Assembly: GCA_001784285.1 (NCBI GenBank)
Contig: MFQC01000008.1
Coordinates: 90,599-154,598 of the forward strand
DNA from: Candidatus Magasanikbacteria bacterium RIFCSPHIGHO2_02_FULL_48_18
Lineage (GTDB): Bacteria; Patescibacteriota; Patescibacteriia; Magasanikbacterales; UBA922
Reading direction: 5' to 3'
Length of the DNA: 64,000 nt
In this document: positions 29,575 through 39,224 of the stretch, one piece after another
Layout: each line of letters starts with the position of its first letter
Numbering within the stretch: the stretch's first letter is position 1
Translations under genes and position numbers: made by a program
The notes under the pieces: generated by a model
Seen by the model: the letters and a program-made list of their open reading frames with translations, nothing else
The model's database searches: none
Told to the model about the DNA's origin: nothing

Positions 29575-29836
29575 TTGGACGTCGGACTTCAGACATCAGA
29601 CTTGTTATCTTGGCTGTTCGACGTTTTCCTATAGGCTTTGACAGTTACAAAATACTTTGATACACTTTCCAGTTCCCCGCCATGCGTCATATTGTGTGGT
29701 TTGGGGCGTCTTTTGATTGAGGCGCGTTTGTTTGTTGCAATGAACACAGGCGTCTGCACAGCACATCGGTGTTGTGCAAAACAGAAGAACAATTCGGTTT
29801 TTGTTTTAGCGCGAGCAGTGGCTGCTCGCAAGGAGA

Positions 29837-32455
29837 ATGCCCGTGAAGACGACGCTGGTTCTTTTTGTTCTTCTTCTGGCGGCCCTGTTCGGGGCCTGCC
29901 GGGAGGAAGAAGTGGTCTACGACGCCCCCTACCTTGAGGTCTCGACCGAGTCGGACCTCGGGGTGGCGGCGCTGGATCTGACGTTCGTCCAGATCGCTGA
30001 GGGGCAGCGATATCTGGCGAACAAAGAGACCGGGGAGGGCTACTCGGTCGAGGTCGGATGGGATCTTCTCAAAAAGAAGTTCGTCATCCGGATCGATCGA
30101 AAGACCGGGGATCCGGACCACCCGCCGTTCATTCATGTCCTCAGCGCCACGGACGTGGTGTTTGAGGATACGGATGCGGCGTACGTCCACATCCTCGGTC
30201 GCAACACGGACGGGCAGGCCGTGGCAGTCGCGGGGTTCAAGCTGGACCTCACGCTCCAGGGACAGGTGCCGGTGACGCTCCAAGCGTTGGCCGGTAAATG
30301 CGACCTGGACGGCGACGGCACGCCGGATTGTGGGATTGATGGCTGCTGCGACGAGGACTACGAACCGTTCCTCGCCGACTGCAACGACAACGACCCGGCC
30401 GTGTCTCCCATCGCGTGGGAGATTCCGGCATGCGTGCCGTGCGAAAACATACCGGATTACTTCTGCCTTGGCAGCACGGCCTCGTACGAGTGCACGTGCC
30501 AGGCAGAAGCCGTGTGCAGCGCGGCATCGTGTGTTGCGGATGAGTGCCAAGAGACGGCGCTCGACTGCAACGACAACGACCCATGCACCACGGACGCGTG
30601 TGATCCGGCCACGGGTTGCACGGCCGTGCCCGTCGACTGCGATGACGACGAGGCCTGCACGGCAGACGCGTGTAATCCCAACACCGGTGTGTGCGAGTAC
30701 ACGCCCGCATGCGGGGATTGCGACACCAACGAGGAGTGCGACGACGAGAATCCGTGCACGGACGACCGGTGCGATGTGACGACTGGGGCGTGCGAGCATA
30801 CGCCCAATACGGCCACATGTAGCGACGGTAGCCTGTGCACGAAGAACGACGGGTGCATTGACGGGGAGTGCATTGGCACACCCATCAACTGCGAGGACGG
30901 CAGTGCGTGTACCACGGAAGACACCTGTCATCCCGGCACTGGCCTGTGCATTTACACGCAAGCCGACTGCGATGACGGTGTGGCGTGCACCGTTGACTCG
31001 TGCGATGTCGAGCTCGGATGCGTCAACACGCCGGACGACGGGACATGTCCGGACGGCGATCTGTGCGCCATCCCCACATGCGATGTGGCGGATGGGTGCA
31101 CGTACGTGCCGGTCGACTGTAACGACGGCAACGAGTGCACCACGGACGCGTGTGATCCGGAGACGGGCGATTGCATCCACATTCCGTCGTGTCCGATCTG
31201 TACGTCGGACGCGGAGTGCAACGACGACAATTCCTGTACGGACGACACGTGCGATCCGGCAACTGGGTGCGTCAACGTCGACAACACGGCGCCGTGCGAC
31301 GACGCGAACGCCTGTACCGAGGGCGACACGTGCCAGGGCGGCGAATGCGTCGGTGGGTCGCCTGCCGACTGCAACGACAACGACCCGTGCACGACAGACT
31401 CGTGCGATCCTGTCGAGGGGTGCGTCAATATGGGCGAGTGCCCGCCGTGCCTTTCGGACGCCGAGTGCGACGATGAGAACGTCTGCACGGATGACGCGTG
31501 CAACCCGGCCGTGGGTTGTATCAATACCCCGCAGAGCGGGGCGTGCGAGGACGGCAACGGGTGCACGGGAAACGACGCGTGCCAGGGCGGCACGTGCGTG
31601 GGCGGTACGCCGATCAACTGCGACGACGGGAACGCGTGCACGGCAGATGAGTGTTTTGGAGGAGGCTGCGTTCATAGCGCTTTCTCCTGCGACGACGGCA
31701 TTGCCTGCACCAACGACTCGTGCGACGCAGCCATCGGGTGCGTCAACGCACCGGTCAATGGCCTCTGCGACGATGGGGATGCGTGCACCCTTGACCTCTG
31801 CAGCGAAACAGAGGGGTGCCAGGCCCTGCCCATCGACTGCAACGACGGCAACGCGTGTACGGACGACGTCTGCGATCCGGTGCAGGGCTGCGTCTATACC
31901 TCGACCTGTCCGACGTGTGAGTCGGACGAGGAGTGTGACGACGGCAACCCGTGCACGGCAGACGCGTGCGACACGGTTCTTGGGTGCGTGAATGCCCTTC
32001 CGGACGATCCGGAAATCGACAGCATTTGCGCGCCCTGCGACGACGGCAACCCCTGCACCGTCCCCGATGTCAGTGGTCTCACGACCACGTGCGAGGACAT
32101 CGGGGTTGACCCCGCCGTAGGCGGGGGCGGGGCTTGCCTCACAACCGCGAACGCGGCCACCTCCGATTCACTCGGCTTTGTCTGCTTTGGAAAGACTCCA
32201 CCAAAACAGTATCAAGACGTGTGGATTGAGGTGGTTTCGGGCGTGCCCGGCACGCCCAAGTTCAAGGTTTCAAGCGGCGCCTACGTCTACATCGGCGCCG
32301 CGGACTCAATATCGATTCGGGTTTTGACCACCGGCACGTCGCCGGAGGTTGTGGACCCGATTGACTACGGCTGTCACTGCCTCGTGGGCGAGGTGGTCTC
32401 GGGCCAAAACATCGTGGTGGATGATAAGGGGCCGCTCCTTGTCTGTCCGCCATAA
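29837..32455 (+). CDS. Secreted lipoprotein (872 aa) made of ~30 tandem cysteine-rich repeats (C-[ND]-D-x-N-x-C-T-x-D-x-C-[DN]-P-x-x-G-C), with distinct N- and C-terminal domains
   Basis: Lipobox LLAALFGAC. More than 120 Cys residues in a regular ~19-20 aa periodicity. GC ~65% with GC3-biased codons, unlike the rest of the window. The repeats resemble myxobacterial-type Cys-rich repeat families. Confidence 0.85.
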   Translation: MPVKTTLVLFVLLLAALFGACREEEVVYDAPYLEVSTESDLGVAALDLTFVQIAEGQRYLANKETGEGYSVEVGWDLLKKKFVIRIDRKTGDPDHPPFIHVLSATDVVFEDTDAAYVHILGRNTDGQAVAVAGFKLDLTLQGQVPVTLQALAGKCDLDGDGTPDCGIDGCCDEDYEPFLADCNDNDPAVSPIAWEIPACVPCENIPDYFCLGSTASYECTCQAEAVCSAASCVADECQETALDCNDNDPCTTDACDPATGCTAVPVDCDDDEACTADACNPNTGVCEYTPACGDCDTNEECDDENPCTDDRCDVTTGACEHTPNTATCSDGSLCTKNDGCIDGECIGTPINCEDGSACTTEDTCHPGTGLCIYTQADCDDGVACTVDSCDVELGCVNTPDDGTCPDGDLCAIPTCDVADGCTYVPVDCNDGNECTTDACDPETGDCIHIPSCPICTSDAECNDDNSCTDDTCDPATGCVNVDNTAPCDDANACTEGDTCQGGECVGGSPADCNDNDPCTTDSCDPVEGCVNMGECPPCLSDAECDDENVCTDDACNPAVGCINTPQSGACEDGNGCTGNDACQGGTCVGGTPINCDDGNACTADECFGGGCVHSAFSCDDGIACTNDSCDAAIGCVNAPVNGLCDDGDACTLDLCSETEGCQALPIDCNDGNACTDDVCDPVQGCVYTSTCPTCESDEECDDGNPCTADACDTVLGCVNALPDDPEIDSICAPCDDGNPCTVPDVSGLTTTCEDIGVDPAVGGGGACLTTANAATSDSLGFVCFGKTPPKQYQDVWIEVVSGVPGTPKFKVSSGAYVYIGAADSISIRVLTTGTSPEVVDPIDYGCHCLVGEVVSGQNIVVDDKGPLLVCPP

Positions 32456-32557
32456 ACGCCCACGAAAAAGGAGGGAAACAGGGGGATGCAATCGTGCGTC
32501 CCCCTTCCCTTGATTCTGTTTTTATCCTTTACGGGTGATGAAGATAGTGAGAGGGAA

Positions 32558-32854
32558 CTACGTGAACCACAAAAATCGCGCGAGAAGAATTTGGAGCGCG
32601 ATAATAATAGCGAGGACGGCCTGAAAAGACGTCTTTTTTGTTTTGTGACGAAAAAAAGACATGCCCAGGAGCGCGCCGACCGATCCGCCGAGAAGACAAA
32701 GGATCCACAATGTTTTTTCAGAAATACGCTCTCCTTTGCCGCGCGATTTCCATTTGTCAATGCCAAAAAAAGAGAATGTGGCCGTATTTACAATGAAGAG
32801 ATAGAAAAGGCCAATAGTGAGCACCGGCCATTGTGGTGAAAAGGAGGGTTCCAT
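32558..32854 (-). CDS. DUF1294 family small membrane protein
   Basis: FSFFGIDKWKSRGKGERISEKTLWILCLLGGSVGALLGMSFFRHKTKKTSF matches the conserved DUF1294 core. Confidence 0.7.
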   Translation of the reverse strand: MEPSFSPQWPVLTIGLFYLFIVNTATFSFFGIDKWKSRGKGERISEKTLWILCLLGGSVGALLGMSFFRHKTKKTSFQAVLAIIIALQILLARFLWFT

Positions 32855-32872
32855 AGCAATGCCGTATGAAAA

Positions 32873-33469
32873 TTATTCATTGAGGGTGGCGTCGTGAATA
32901 TGATATTTTCTGTCTTGGTCCGCGAGCTGAATAAGCGCTTCGCGGATTTTATTTGGACGAGGGATATCATGGGCCACCACATTGATGTTGTTTGACGCGG
33001 TTTTAATGGAGACGGTTCCATAGTTGAAGAACGTCGCAAATACCCCATGGACGTCTGATGTCACGTCCTGGATGCGGTAGAGATCGAGTTCGGAAATGGA
33101 TCGAGAAAAAAGGCTTCGCTGTTCCACGTCCATGAGCCGGTCATTGGTGACAATAGTGATATCAAGATAAAATTCAATAAATCGCGTGAAAAAGAAAAGA
33201 TAGATTGCAAGAAAATAGGCGCTCGCAAATAATACGAGCATGGCATAGCTGATTTGATTTTCAAGAAGCGCCGGGAAAAGAGAGGAAACAAGAAAATAGA
33301 GCGCAAACGGTATTGCCATGAGAATGAGAAAAAGAACGGCAATGGGCACAAAGGTAATCCAATGATGCCTCAGCACATACAGGATTTTTTCGTATGATTT
33401 TTGTTTGATAAATGCGGCAAGATGCATATTTTTATGGAGAAAATAGTCCTCCGAGCCATGAGGCGTCAA
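32873..33469 (-). CDS. Bacterial PH-domain (YdbT/DUF304-like) membrane protein
   Basis: Two N-terminal TM helices followed by a ~100-aa domain with the bPH_2-like pattern. Confidence 0.55.
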   Translation of the reverse strand: MTPHGSEDYFLHKNMHLAAFIKQKSYEKILYVLRHHWITFVPIAVLFLILMAIPFALYFLVSSLFPALLENQISYAMLVLFASAYFLAIYLFFFTRFIEFYLDITIVTNDRLMDVEQRSLFSRSISELDLYRIQDVTSDVHGVFATFFNYGTVSIKTASNNINVVAHDIPRPNKIREALIQLADQDRKYHIHDATLNE

Positions 33470-33692
33470 GGAGTGTCACCGGCGTTTTCCAATCAATGTC
33501 GGGAAGGAGGGACATGGTTGCATACAGGGTGATAATGGTAAGAAAAAAAATCAAGAAACAAAATAAAAAGCTCGTGAGTGTGAGCGAAGCCGTTGCAATG
33601 ATATGGTAAACGTGAATGAGGGAAAAAATCAAAAATACGACCAAAAAAAGCAGGTATACAAAAAGAAAAACGTACAGCGGTATTTGGATCAT
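33432..33692 (-). CDS. Small hydrophobic hypothetical protein (86 aa)
   Basis: ORF with two or three predicted TM helices. Its 3' end overlaps 32873..33469. No homology recognised. Confidence 0.3.
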   Translation of the reverse strand: MIQIPLYVFLFVYLLFLVVFLIFSLIHVYHIIATASLTLTSFLFCFLIFFLTIITLYATMSLLPDIDWKTPVTLLDASWLGGLFSP

Positions 33693-34753
33693 ACGGCGCT
33701 ATGCATCATTTTTATATGTTCGTGCGCGCGAGGCGTTACCACTCTCCCTCTTGGCGTTCGATCAATCATGCCAAGCTGGAGCAGGTAGGGTTCGTACACG
33801 GTTTCAACCGTGTCCATCTCTTCTGCCACGGCCGCGGCAAGCGTATTCAGGCCCACAGGGCCGCCATTAAATTTTTGAATGATGGTCGAGAGAATTTTTC
33901 GGTCAACCGCATCCAGTCCGTGCTTGTCAATATGAAGCATGCCGAGTCCGTCGTTTGTTATCTGCTCAGTAATGTGCCCGTCATGGCGGACATCCGCGTA
34001 GTCGCGGATTCGTTTGAGCAGGCGATTGGCAACACGGGGTGTTTTTCGGGATCGTTCGGCGATAAGGACGGCCGCGGCGTCGTCAATCATAACATTGAGG
34101 AGCGACGCATTGCGCCGGATAATTGTTTCAATATCCTGCGGTTCGTAGAAATTGAGGTGGTAGACATGGCCAAAGCGGTCACGGAGAGGGTTTGAAAGAA
34201 GGTTCAATTTCGTCGTGGCGCCAATAAGGGTAAATGGTTCAAGAGGCATGCGAAGCGTTCGCGCAGAAGGGCCTTTGCCGACCACGATGTCGAGGGCGTA
34301 GTCTTCCATGGCCGCGTAGAGCACCTCTTCGATGGTTTTGTGCAACCGATGAATTTCGTCAATAAAGAGGACGTCGCCGCGTTTCAAATTGGATACAATA
34401 GCCGCCAAATCGCCGACGCGTTCAAGCGCCGGCCCGGCCGTCACGGTAACCCCTGCGTCCATTTCATGGGCAATAATGTGGGCGAGTGTGGTTTTTCCAA
34501 GGCCCGGGTTGCCATACAGGAGCACATGCTCCATCGGTTCGTTTCGTTTTTTGGCGGCGGCGATGGAAATGATGAGCGGTTCTTTGATATGGGCTTGCCC
34601 AACAAAATGAGCCAGTATTTTTGGCCGAAGGGTGTGCTCTATTTTTTGTTCTTCGCCTGGGGCGGGGTCAACCATTCGCGGCGGCTCCGGAGCTTGTTCG
34701 GAAAGGGGTAACATAGGTGACGGTAGTATACGGAGTTCGGACGCACAAGGCAA
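33689..34753 (-). CDS. ruvB: Holliday junction branch migration DNA helicase RuvB
   Basis: AAA+ Walker A LLYGNPGLGKTTLAHIIA, Walker B VLFIDEIHRL, sensor motifs and a C-terminal winged helix. Confidence 0.95.
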   Translation of the reverse strand: MPCASELRILPSPMLPLSEQAPEPPRMVDPAPGEEQKIEHTLRPKILAHFVGQAHIKEPLIISIAAAKKRNEPMEHVLLYGNPGLGKTTLAHIIAHEMDAGVTVTAGPALERVGDLAAIVSNLKRGDVLFIDEIHRLHKTIEEVLYAAMEDYALDIVVGKGPSARTLRMPLEPFTLIGATTKLNLLSNPLRDRFGHVYHLNFYEPQDIETIIRRNASLLNVMIDDAAAVLIAERSRKTPRVANRLLKRIRDYADVRHDGHITEQITNDGLGMLHIDKHGLDAVDRKILSTIIQKFNGGPVGLNTLAAAVAEEMDTVETVYEPYLLQLGMIDRTPRGRVVTPRAHEHIKMMHSAV

Positions 34754-34786
34754 CCCGGGAAGTCTTGAAATATTTTTTATAAAAAT

Positions 34787-34960
34787 TGTGGATAACTTTT
34801 TTTGTTTCTTTTTTCTCTGTCATTTAACGCAGAACCGAGCAAAAAAAGATGTGTCGCAGAATAATTTGGGAGGGGAGACAAGGGTGTGCTATACTACGCC
34901 TACCTTAAAAGAAACACAACATATTGTGGATAAAAAATATCTTAAACCATATATATAGTA
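34787..34960. promoter_or_regulatory. nrdAB regulatory region: two NrdR-box-like palindromes ~31 bp apart plus two DnaA boxes
   Basis: TGTGGATAA at 34787-34795. ACACAACATATTGTGG at 34915-34930 (near-perfect palindrome, NrdR-box-like), overlapped by TGTGGATAA at 34926-34934. Second box ACCATATATATAGT at 34947-34960. Confidence 0.55.
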
Positions 34961-35146
34961 ATTTTCATACCGTTTTTTCTTCGCCTGTCCTTTTCGAATA
35001 ATGGGCTCTCCTGCCTCTTTTACGAGCGGTCTCTTTGACGCTTTTTTGACGCCTTTGATCCTTGAAAAAAGGAGAAACAAAACCTCTCTCCAGTTTTTGG
35101 TTCGCGGTAATTTCAGTGTCTCATCAATTATTTTTAAAGATGTCCT

Positions 35147-38080
35147 ATGTATCCTTCAACCACTATTGCTCAAATCAAAAAGCGAACCGGCCAGATTGTG
35201 CCGTTTCATCCGGATAAAATACTGGTTGCCGTGAGTAAGGCATTTGCGCACATAAAAGGCGCGGCCGATCCGACCCTCATGAGAGAACTGACCGCTCTTG
35301 CGTTGGAAAATTTGGAACAAAAGTTTTCCGATGCCACTCCGGGCGTGGAAGACGTCCAAAATGAAGTGGAAGGCGTGCTCATGGCGCGCGGATACTTTGA
35401 TGTGGCAAAAGGATATATTATTTATCGCTATGAGCACGCCAAAGTCCGAGAAATAAAAAAACAGGAGCTGGAAAAGAAAATTGACGTTGGAGGCATTTTT
35501 GTGGTGAAGCGGTCGGGAAAGAAAGAGCCGTTTTCCATGGAAAAAATAAAACAATCGCTTGCGCATTACGCGTCCGGATATGAAACCATTATTCATATTG
35601 ATGCCGTTGCGGAGCAGGTTCGCACAGAATTGTACGAAGATATTGAAACCAAAGAAATCGCGCGCGCCATTATTATGGTGTTGCGTTCCTTTATCGAGCA
35701 CGACCCCGCGTATTCTTTTGCCGCGGCTCGGGCATTGTTGATTGAAAATTACAAAACCGTTATTGGCCACGATAAGATTGATTTTAAAAAATTGGACCAA
35801 CAGCTCCGCGACGCTTTTGTAATGTCCATCCAAAAGGGCGTCTCCATGGGAAAACTGGATCCGAGACTGTTGTTATTTGATATTCCGGCAATAGGAAAGA
35901 TGTTGCAATTTTCTCGAGACGCCATACTGCCGTATGTGAGCGTCCAAACATTGGCCGATCGGTATTTCTTGCGTGAAAACTACGAAAGCGATGCTTTGGA
36001 AACACCGCAAATGTTTTGGATGCGCGTCGCGATGGGTCTTGCGTGTCAGGAAGAAAAAAAGGAAGAGTGGGCGCAGAAATTTTATGAGGTGATGTCCACT
36101 CTTCGGTATGTTCCGTCAACCCCGACGCTTTTTCACGCGGGAACCGTGCATCCGCAGATGAGTTCGTGTTATTTGACAACCATAGAAGACGACCTGACGC
36201 ATATTTTTAAATGTATCGGCGACAACGCGCAACTCGCAAAATGGTCGGGAGGCATTGGAAACGATTGGTCCAATTTGCGCGGCACGAACGCGCTGATTAA
36301 AGCAACGGGCGTTGGAAGCCAGGGTATTATTCCATTTTTGAAAATTGCCAACGACACCACGGCCGCCATCAACCGAAGCGGACGCCGCCGCGGCGCCACG
36401 TGCGCGTATCTCGAAACATGGCATTGGGACATTGAAGATTTTCTTGAGCTCCGAAAAAATACCGGAGACGAACGCCGGCGAACGCACGACATGAACACGG
36501 CAAACTGGATTCCGGATCTTTTTATGAAGCGCGTGAAAAATGGACAAGACTGGTCGCTCTTTTCTGCCGACGAAACGCCGGAATTGCATCATTTGTATGG
36601 CGAGGCGTTTGAACGAAAATATGAGGAATACGAACGCAAGGGGGAAGCGGGGCAACTGCGGATGTACCGCACCATGCCGGCGCGAGATTTGTGGAAAAAA
36701 ATGCTGACCATGCTCTTTGAAACCGGCCATCCATGGATTGCCTGGAAGGACCCGAGCAACATTCGCTCGCCGCAAGATCATGTTGGCGTCGTGCATAGCT
36801 CCAACCTCTGCACGGAAATAACGCTCAATACGTCATCGGACGAAACAGCGGTATGCAATTTGGGTTCCGTCAATTTGGAGAGGCATATAACGAATGAAGG
36901 GGCGCTCAATATGGATATGCTTCAGGAAACGGTCGGCATCGCAATGCGTATGCTCGACAATGTCATTGATCTCAATTTTTATCCCACCAAAGAAGCGCGA
37001 AATTCCAATTTTCGCCACCGTCCGGTCGGGCTTGGCATTATGGGTTTCCAAAATGCGCTGTATAAGATGGATATACGGTTTGACAGCGATGCGGGCGTTG
37101 CGTTTGCGGATTACAGCATGGAAGCGGTTTCCTATTTTGCCATTCTCGGATCAACCGAATTGGCGCGCGAACGAGGAGCATACTCCAGTTATCGAGGCTC
37201 CAAATGGGATCGCGGCCTTTTGCCGATGGACACCATTGCCCTCTTGGAGCGCGAGCGCGGAACGACCATGCCTATTTCCAAAGAATCTCGCATGGACTGG
37301 TCGGTCGTGCGCGAAGCGATCGCTCGACATGGCATGCGCAATTCCAATTGTTTGGCTTTGGCGCCCACGGCGACCATTTCCAATATCGCGGGAACCACGC
37401 CAACCATTGAACCGCTGTACAAAAATATCTACGTCAAAACCAATCAGGCCGGAGATTTTACCATTGTCAATCCGTATCTGGTTGAGGCGCTGAAAAAAGA
37501 ACATCTGTGGGATGATGAAATGCTGGGAAAATTGAAATACCACGATGGCCGGGTGACGGATATTCCGGAAATTCCTGTCGCTCTCAAAGAGATATACAAA
37601 GAAGTCTTTGAAGTCGACCCCAAATGGCTTATCCTTGCGACTGCACATCGCGGGAAGTGGGTCGACCAAAGTCAGTCTATGAATTTGTATTACGCCGGAA
37701 AATCGGGAAAAGAAATCAGCGATATGTATCTCTTTGCATGGGAGATGGGGCTCAAAACCACCTACTATCTCCGGACGCTCGCGATGTCTCAAGTGGAGAA
37801 GTCAACCGTCAAGACCCAGGAATATGGAGAAACGCATACGCGCCGAACATTTTTGGAGAAAAGCGCGTCGCCCGACGGTGCGGCCGAAGCACTATCTATA
37901 GAGCGCGTCACGACAACGACGGTGGCAACGCATGAACCCGCAATGACCGCGGCGCAAGAAGCCTCTGTGCCCTCATTGCAGAAGACACTCGTCTCCGTTG
38001 TTCCTCCTGCCAGTCTTTCGGAAGAGACCTCACCCAAATTATGTACAATAAACGACCCGGACTGCGAAGCATGCCAGTAG
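35147..38080 (+). CDS. nrdA: Ribonucleotide-diphosphate reductase alpha subunit (class I) with two N-terminal ATP-cone domains and a low-complexity C-terminal tail ending in a Cys cluster
   Basis: Two ATP-cone-like segments (residues ~5-95 and ~108-195). Catalytic core with the active-site triad N-L-C-T-E (NLCTEI; C, E conserved). C-terminal ...CTINDPDCEACQ redox cysteines. Confidence 0.9.
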   Translation: MYPSTTIAQIKKRTGQIVPFHPDKILVAVSKAFAHIKGAADPTLMRELTALALENLEQKFSDATPGVEDVQNEVEGVLMARGYFDVAKGYIIYRYEHAKVREIKKQELEKKIDVGGIFVVKRSGKKEPFSMEKIKQSLAHYASGYETIIHIDAVAEQVRTELYEDIETKEIARAIIMVLRSFIEHDPAYSFAAARALLIENYKTVIGHDKIDFKKLDQQLRDAFVMSIQKGVSMGKLDPRLLLFDIPAIGKMLQFSRDAILPYVSVQTLADRYFLRENYESDALETPQMFWMRVAMGLACQEEKKEEWAQKFYEVMSTLRYVPSTPTLFHAGTVHPQMSSCYLTTIEDDLTHIFKCIGDNAQLAKWSGGIGNDWSNLRGTNALIKATGVGSQGIIPFLKIANDTTAAINRSGRRRGATCAYLETWHWDIEDFLELRKNTGDERRRTHDMNTANWIPDLFMKRVKNGQDWSLFSADETPELHHLYGEAFERKYEEYERKGEAGQLRMYRTMPARDLWKKMLTMLFETGHPWIAWKDPSNIRSPQDHVGVVHSSNLCTEITLNTSSDETAVCNLGSVNLERHITNEGALNMDMLQETVGIAMRMLDNVIDLNFYPTKEARNSNFRHRPVGLGIMGFQNALYKMDIRFDSDAGVAFADYSMEAVSYFAILGSTELARERGAYSSYRGSKWDRGLLPMDTIALLERERGTTMPISKESRMDWSVVREAIARHGMRNSNCLALAPTATISNIAGTTPTIEPLYKNIYVKTNQAGDFTIVNPYLVEALKKEHLWDDEMLGKLKYHDGRVTDIPEIPVALKEIYKEVFEVDPKWLILATAHRGKWVDQSQSMNLYYAGKSGKEISDMYLFAWEMGLKTTYYLRTLAMSQVEKSTVKTQEYGETHTRRTFLEKSASPDGAAEALSIERVTTTTVATHEPAMTAAQEASVPSLQKTLVSVVPPASLSEETSPKLCTINDPDCEACQ

Positions 38081-38098
38081 GGGTACAGACTATTTTTT

Positions 38099-39133
38099 AT
38101 GCCAATACAAAAAACGACAAGCCGGATTGATATCAATCAGCGCCGGATTATCAACGGCGCTGACGCCGATGTGATACAGCTCTATCCGATGCGGCATACG
38201 TTTGCATGGGACGCGTACAACATTGGGAATGCCAATCATTGGTTGCCAACGGAAATTATCATGCAAAACGACATTGAGCAGTGGCGCAGTGCAAATGTGC
38301 TCTCCGACGAGGAACGCTGTGCGTTCAAGACCGTCCTTGGATTTTTTACAACCGCGGATTCCATTGCGGCAAACAATATTGTGATTGCGCTCTATCGGCA
38401 CATCACGTCTCCTGAATGCCGCATGTATTTGTTGCGCCAGGGTTATGAGGAGGCGATTCATACCCATGCGTACCAATATATTGTGGAAAGCTTGTCTTTG
38501 GATGAAGGCGAAATTTTTAACATGTACCGGGAAGTGGAATCCATTTACGACAAAGCATCGTTTATCCTCACATTCAATGAAGGGATCTTCCATCCTGGGT
38601 TTAAAACCGGCACATTTGAGGCGGATCAGAAATTTTTGGAAAACATTGTGGTGTTTTCTCTGATTATGGAAGGTATTTTCTTTTACAGTTCGTTTGCGGT
38701 CATGTTTGGATTTCAGCGTCAAAATAAAATGGTGGGGTCCGCCGAGCAGATCCAATATATTATGCGCGACGAATCTCAGCATTTGAATTTTGGCATCAAT
38801 CTCATCAATACCATAAAGCAAGAACAGCCGGAATTGTGGACTCCAGAATTTCAACAGCGGATCATTGATTTGGTGCGCGAAGGCGCAACGTTGGAATATA
38901 CATTTGCGCAGTCTGTTTTTCCGCGGGGTATTTTTGGCATGAATGCCGAAGGGTTCAAGCAGTATATTCAGCATATCGCGGATCGGCGTCTGACTCGCAT
39001 CGGCCTTCCGGAGCAATTTGCCGTGGCAAATCCATTTCCATGGATGAGCGAGGCTGTGGATTTGAATAAGGAAAAGAATTTTTTTGAAACACGGGTGACC
39101 GAATATCAGACGGGCGGAACATTGGATTGGTAA
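38099..39133 (+). CDS. nrdB: Ribonucleotide reductase beta subunit (class I R2, diiron/tyrosyl radical)
   Basis: Ferritin-like fold with iron ligand motifs EEAIHTHAY and MRDESQHLNF. Confidence 0.9.
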   Translation: MPIQKTTSRIDINQRRIINGADADVIQLYPMRHTFAWDAYNIGNANHWLPTEIIMQNDIEQWRSANVLSDEERCAFKTVLGFFTTADSIAANNIVIALYRHITSPECRMYLLRQGYEEAIHTHAYQYIVESLSLDEGEIFNMYREVESIYDKASFILTFNEGIFHPGFKTGTFEADQKFLENIVVFSLIMEGIFFYSSFAVMFGFQRQNKMVGSAEQIQYIMRDESQHLNFGINLINTIKQEQPELWTPEFQQRIIDLVREGATLEYTFAQSVFPRGIFGMNAEGFKQYIQHIADRRLTRIGLPEQFAVANPFPWMSEAVDLNKEKNFFETRVTEYQTGGTLDW

Positions 39134-39224
39134 TGTACGTTTGCCCAGCAAACTCAGTCTTGTCGTGGGAAAAAGAAAAATTCATTGTGGATGAAACTGT
39201 GTATTGAGCCAAGGGGGGCGTATT

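Noticed and set aside
29687-32160. Long antisense and alternate-frame ORFs inside the Cys-rich lipoprotein gene (662-aa minus-strand ORF 29687..31675, plus-strand ORFs 30330.., 30858..31991, minus-strand 30249.., 30457.., 30952..)
   Set aside because: These are artefacts of the high-GC, highly repetitive sequence, which is stop-codon-poor in all frames. Their translations are Arg/Ala/Pro/Thr-rich low-complexity. Only the plus-strand frame gives the regular Cys-repeat architecture with a lipoprotein signal.
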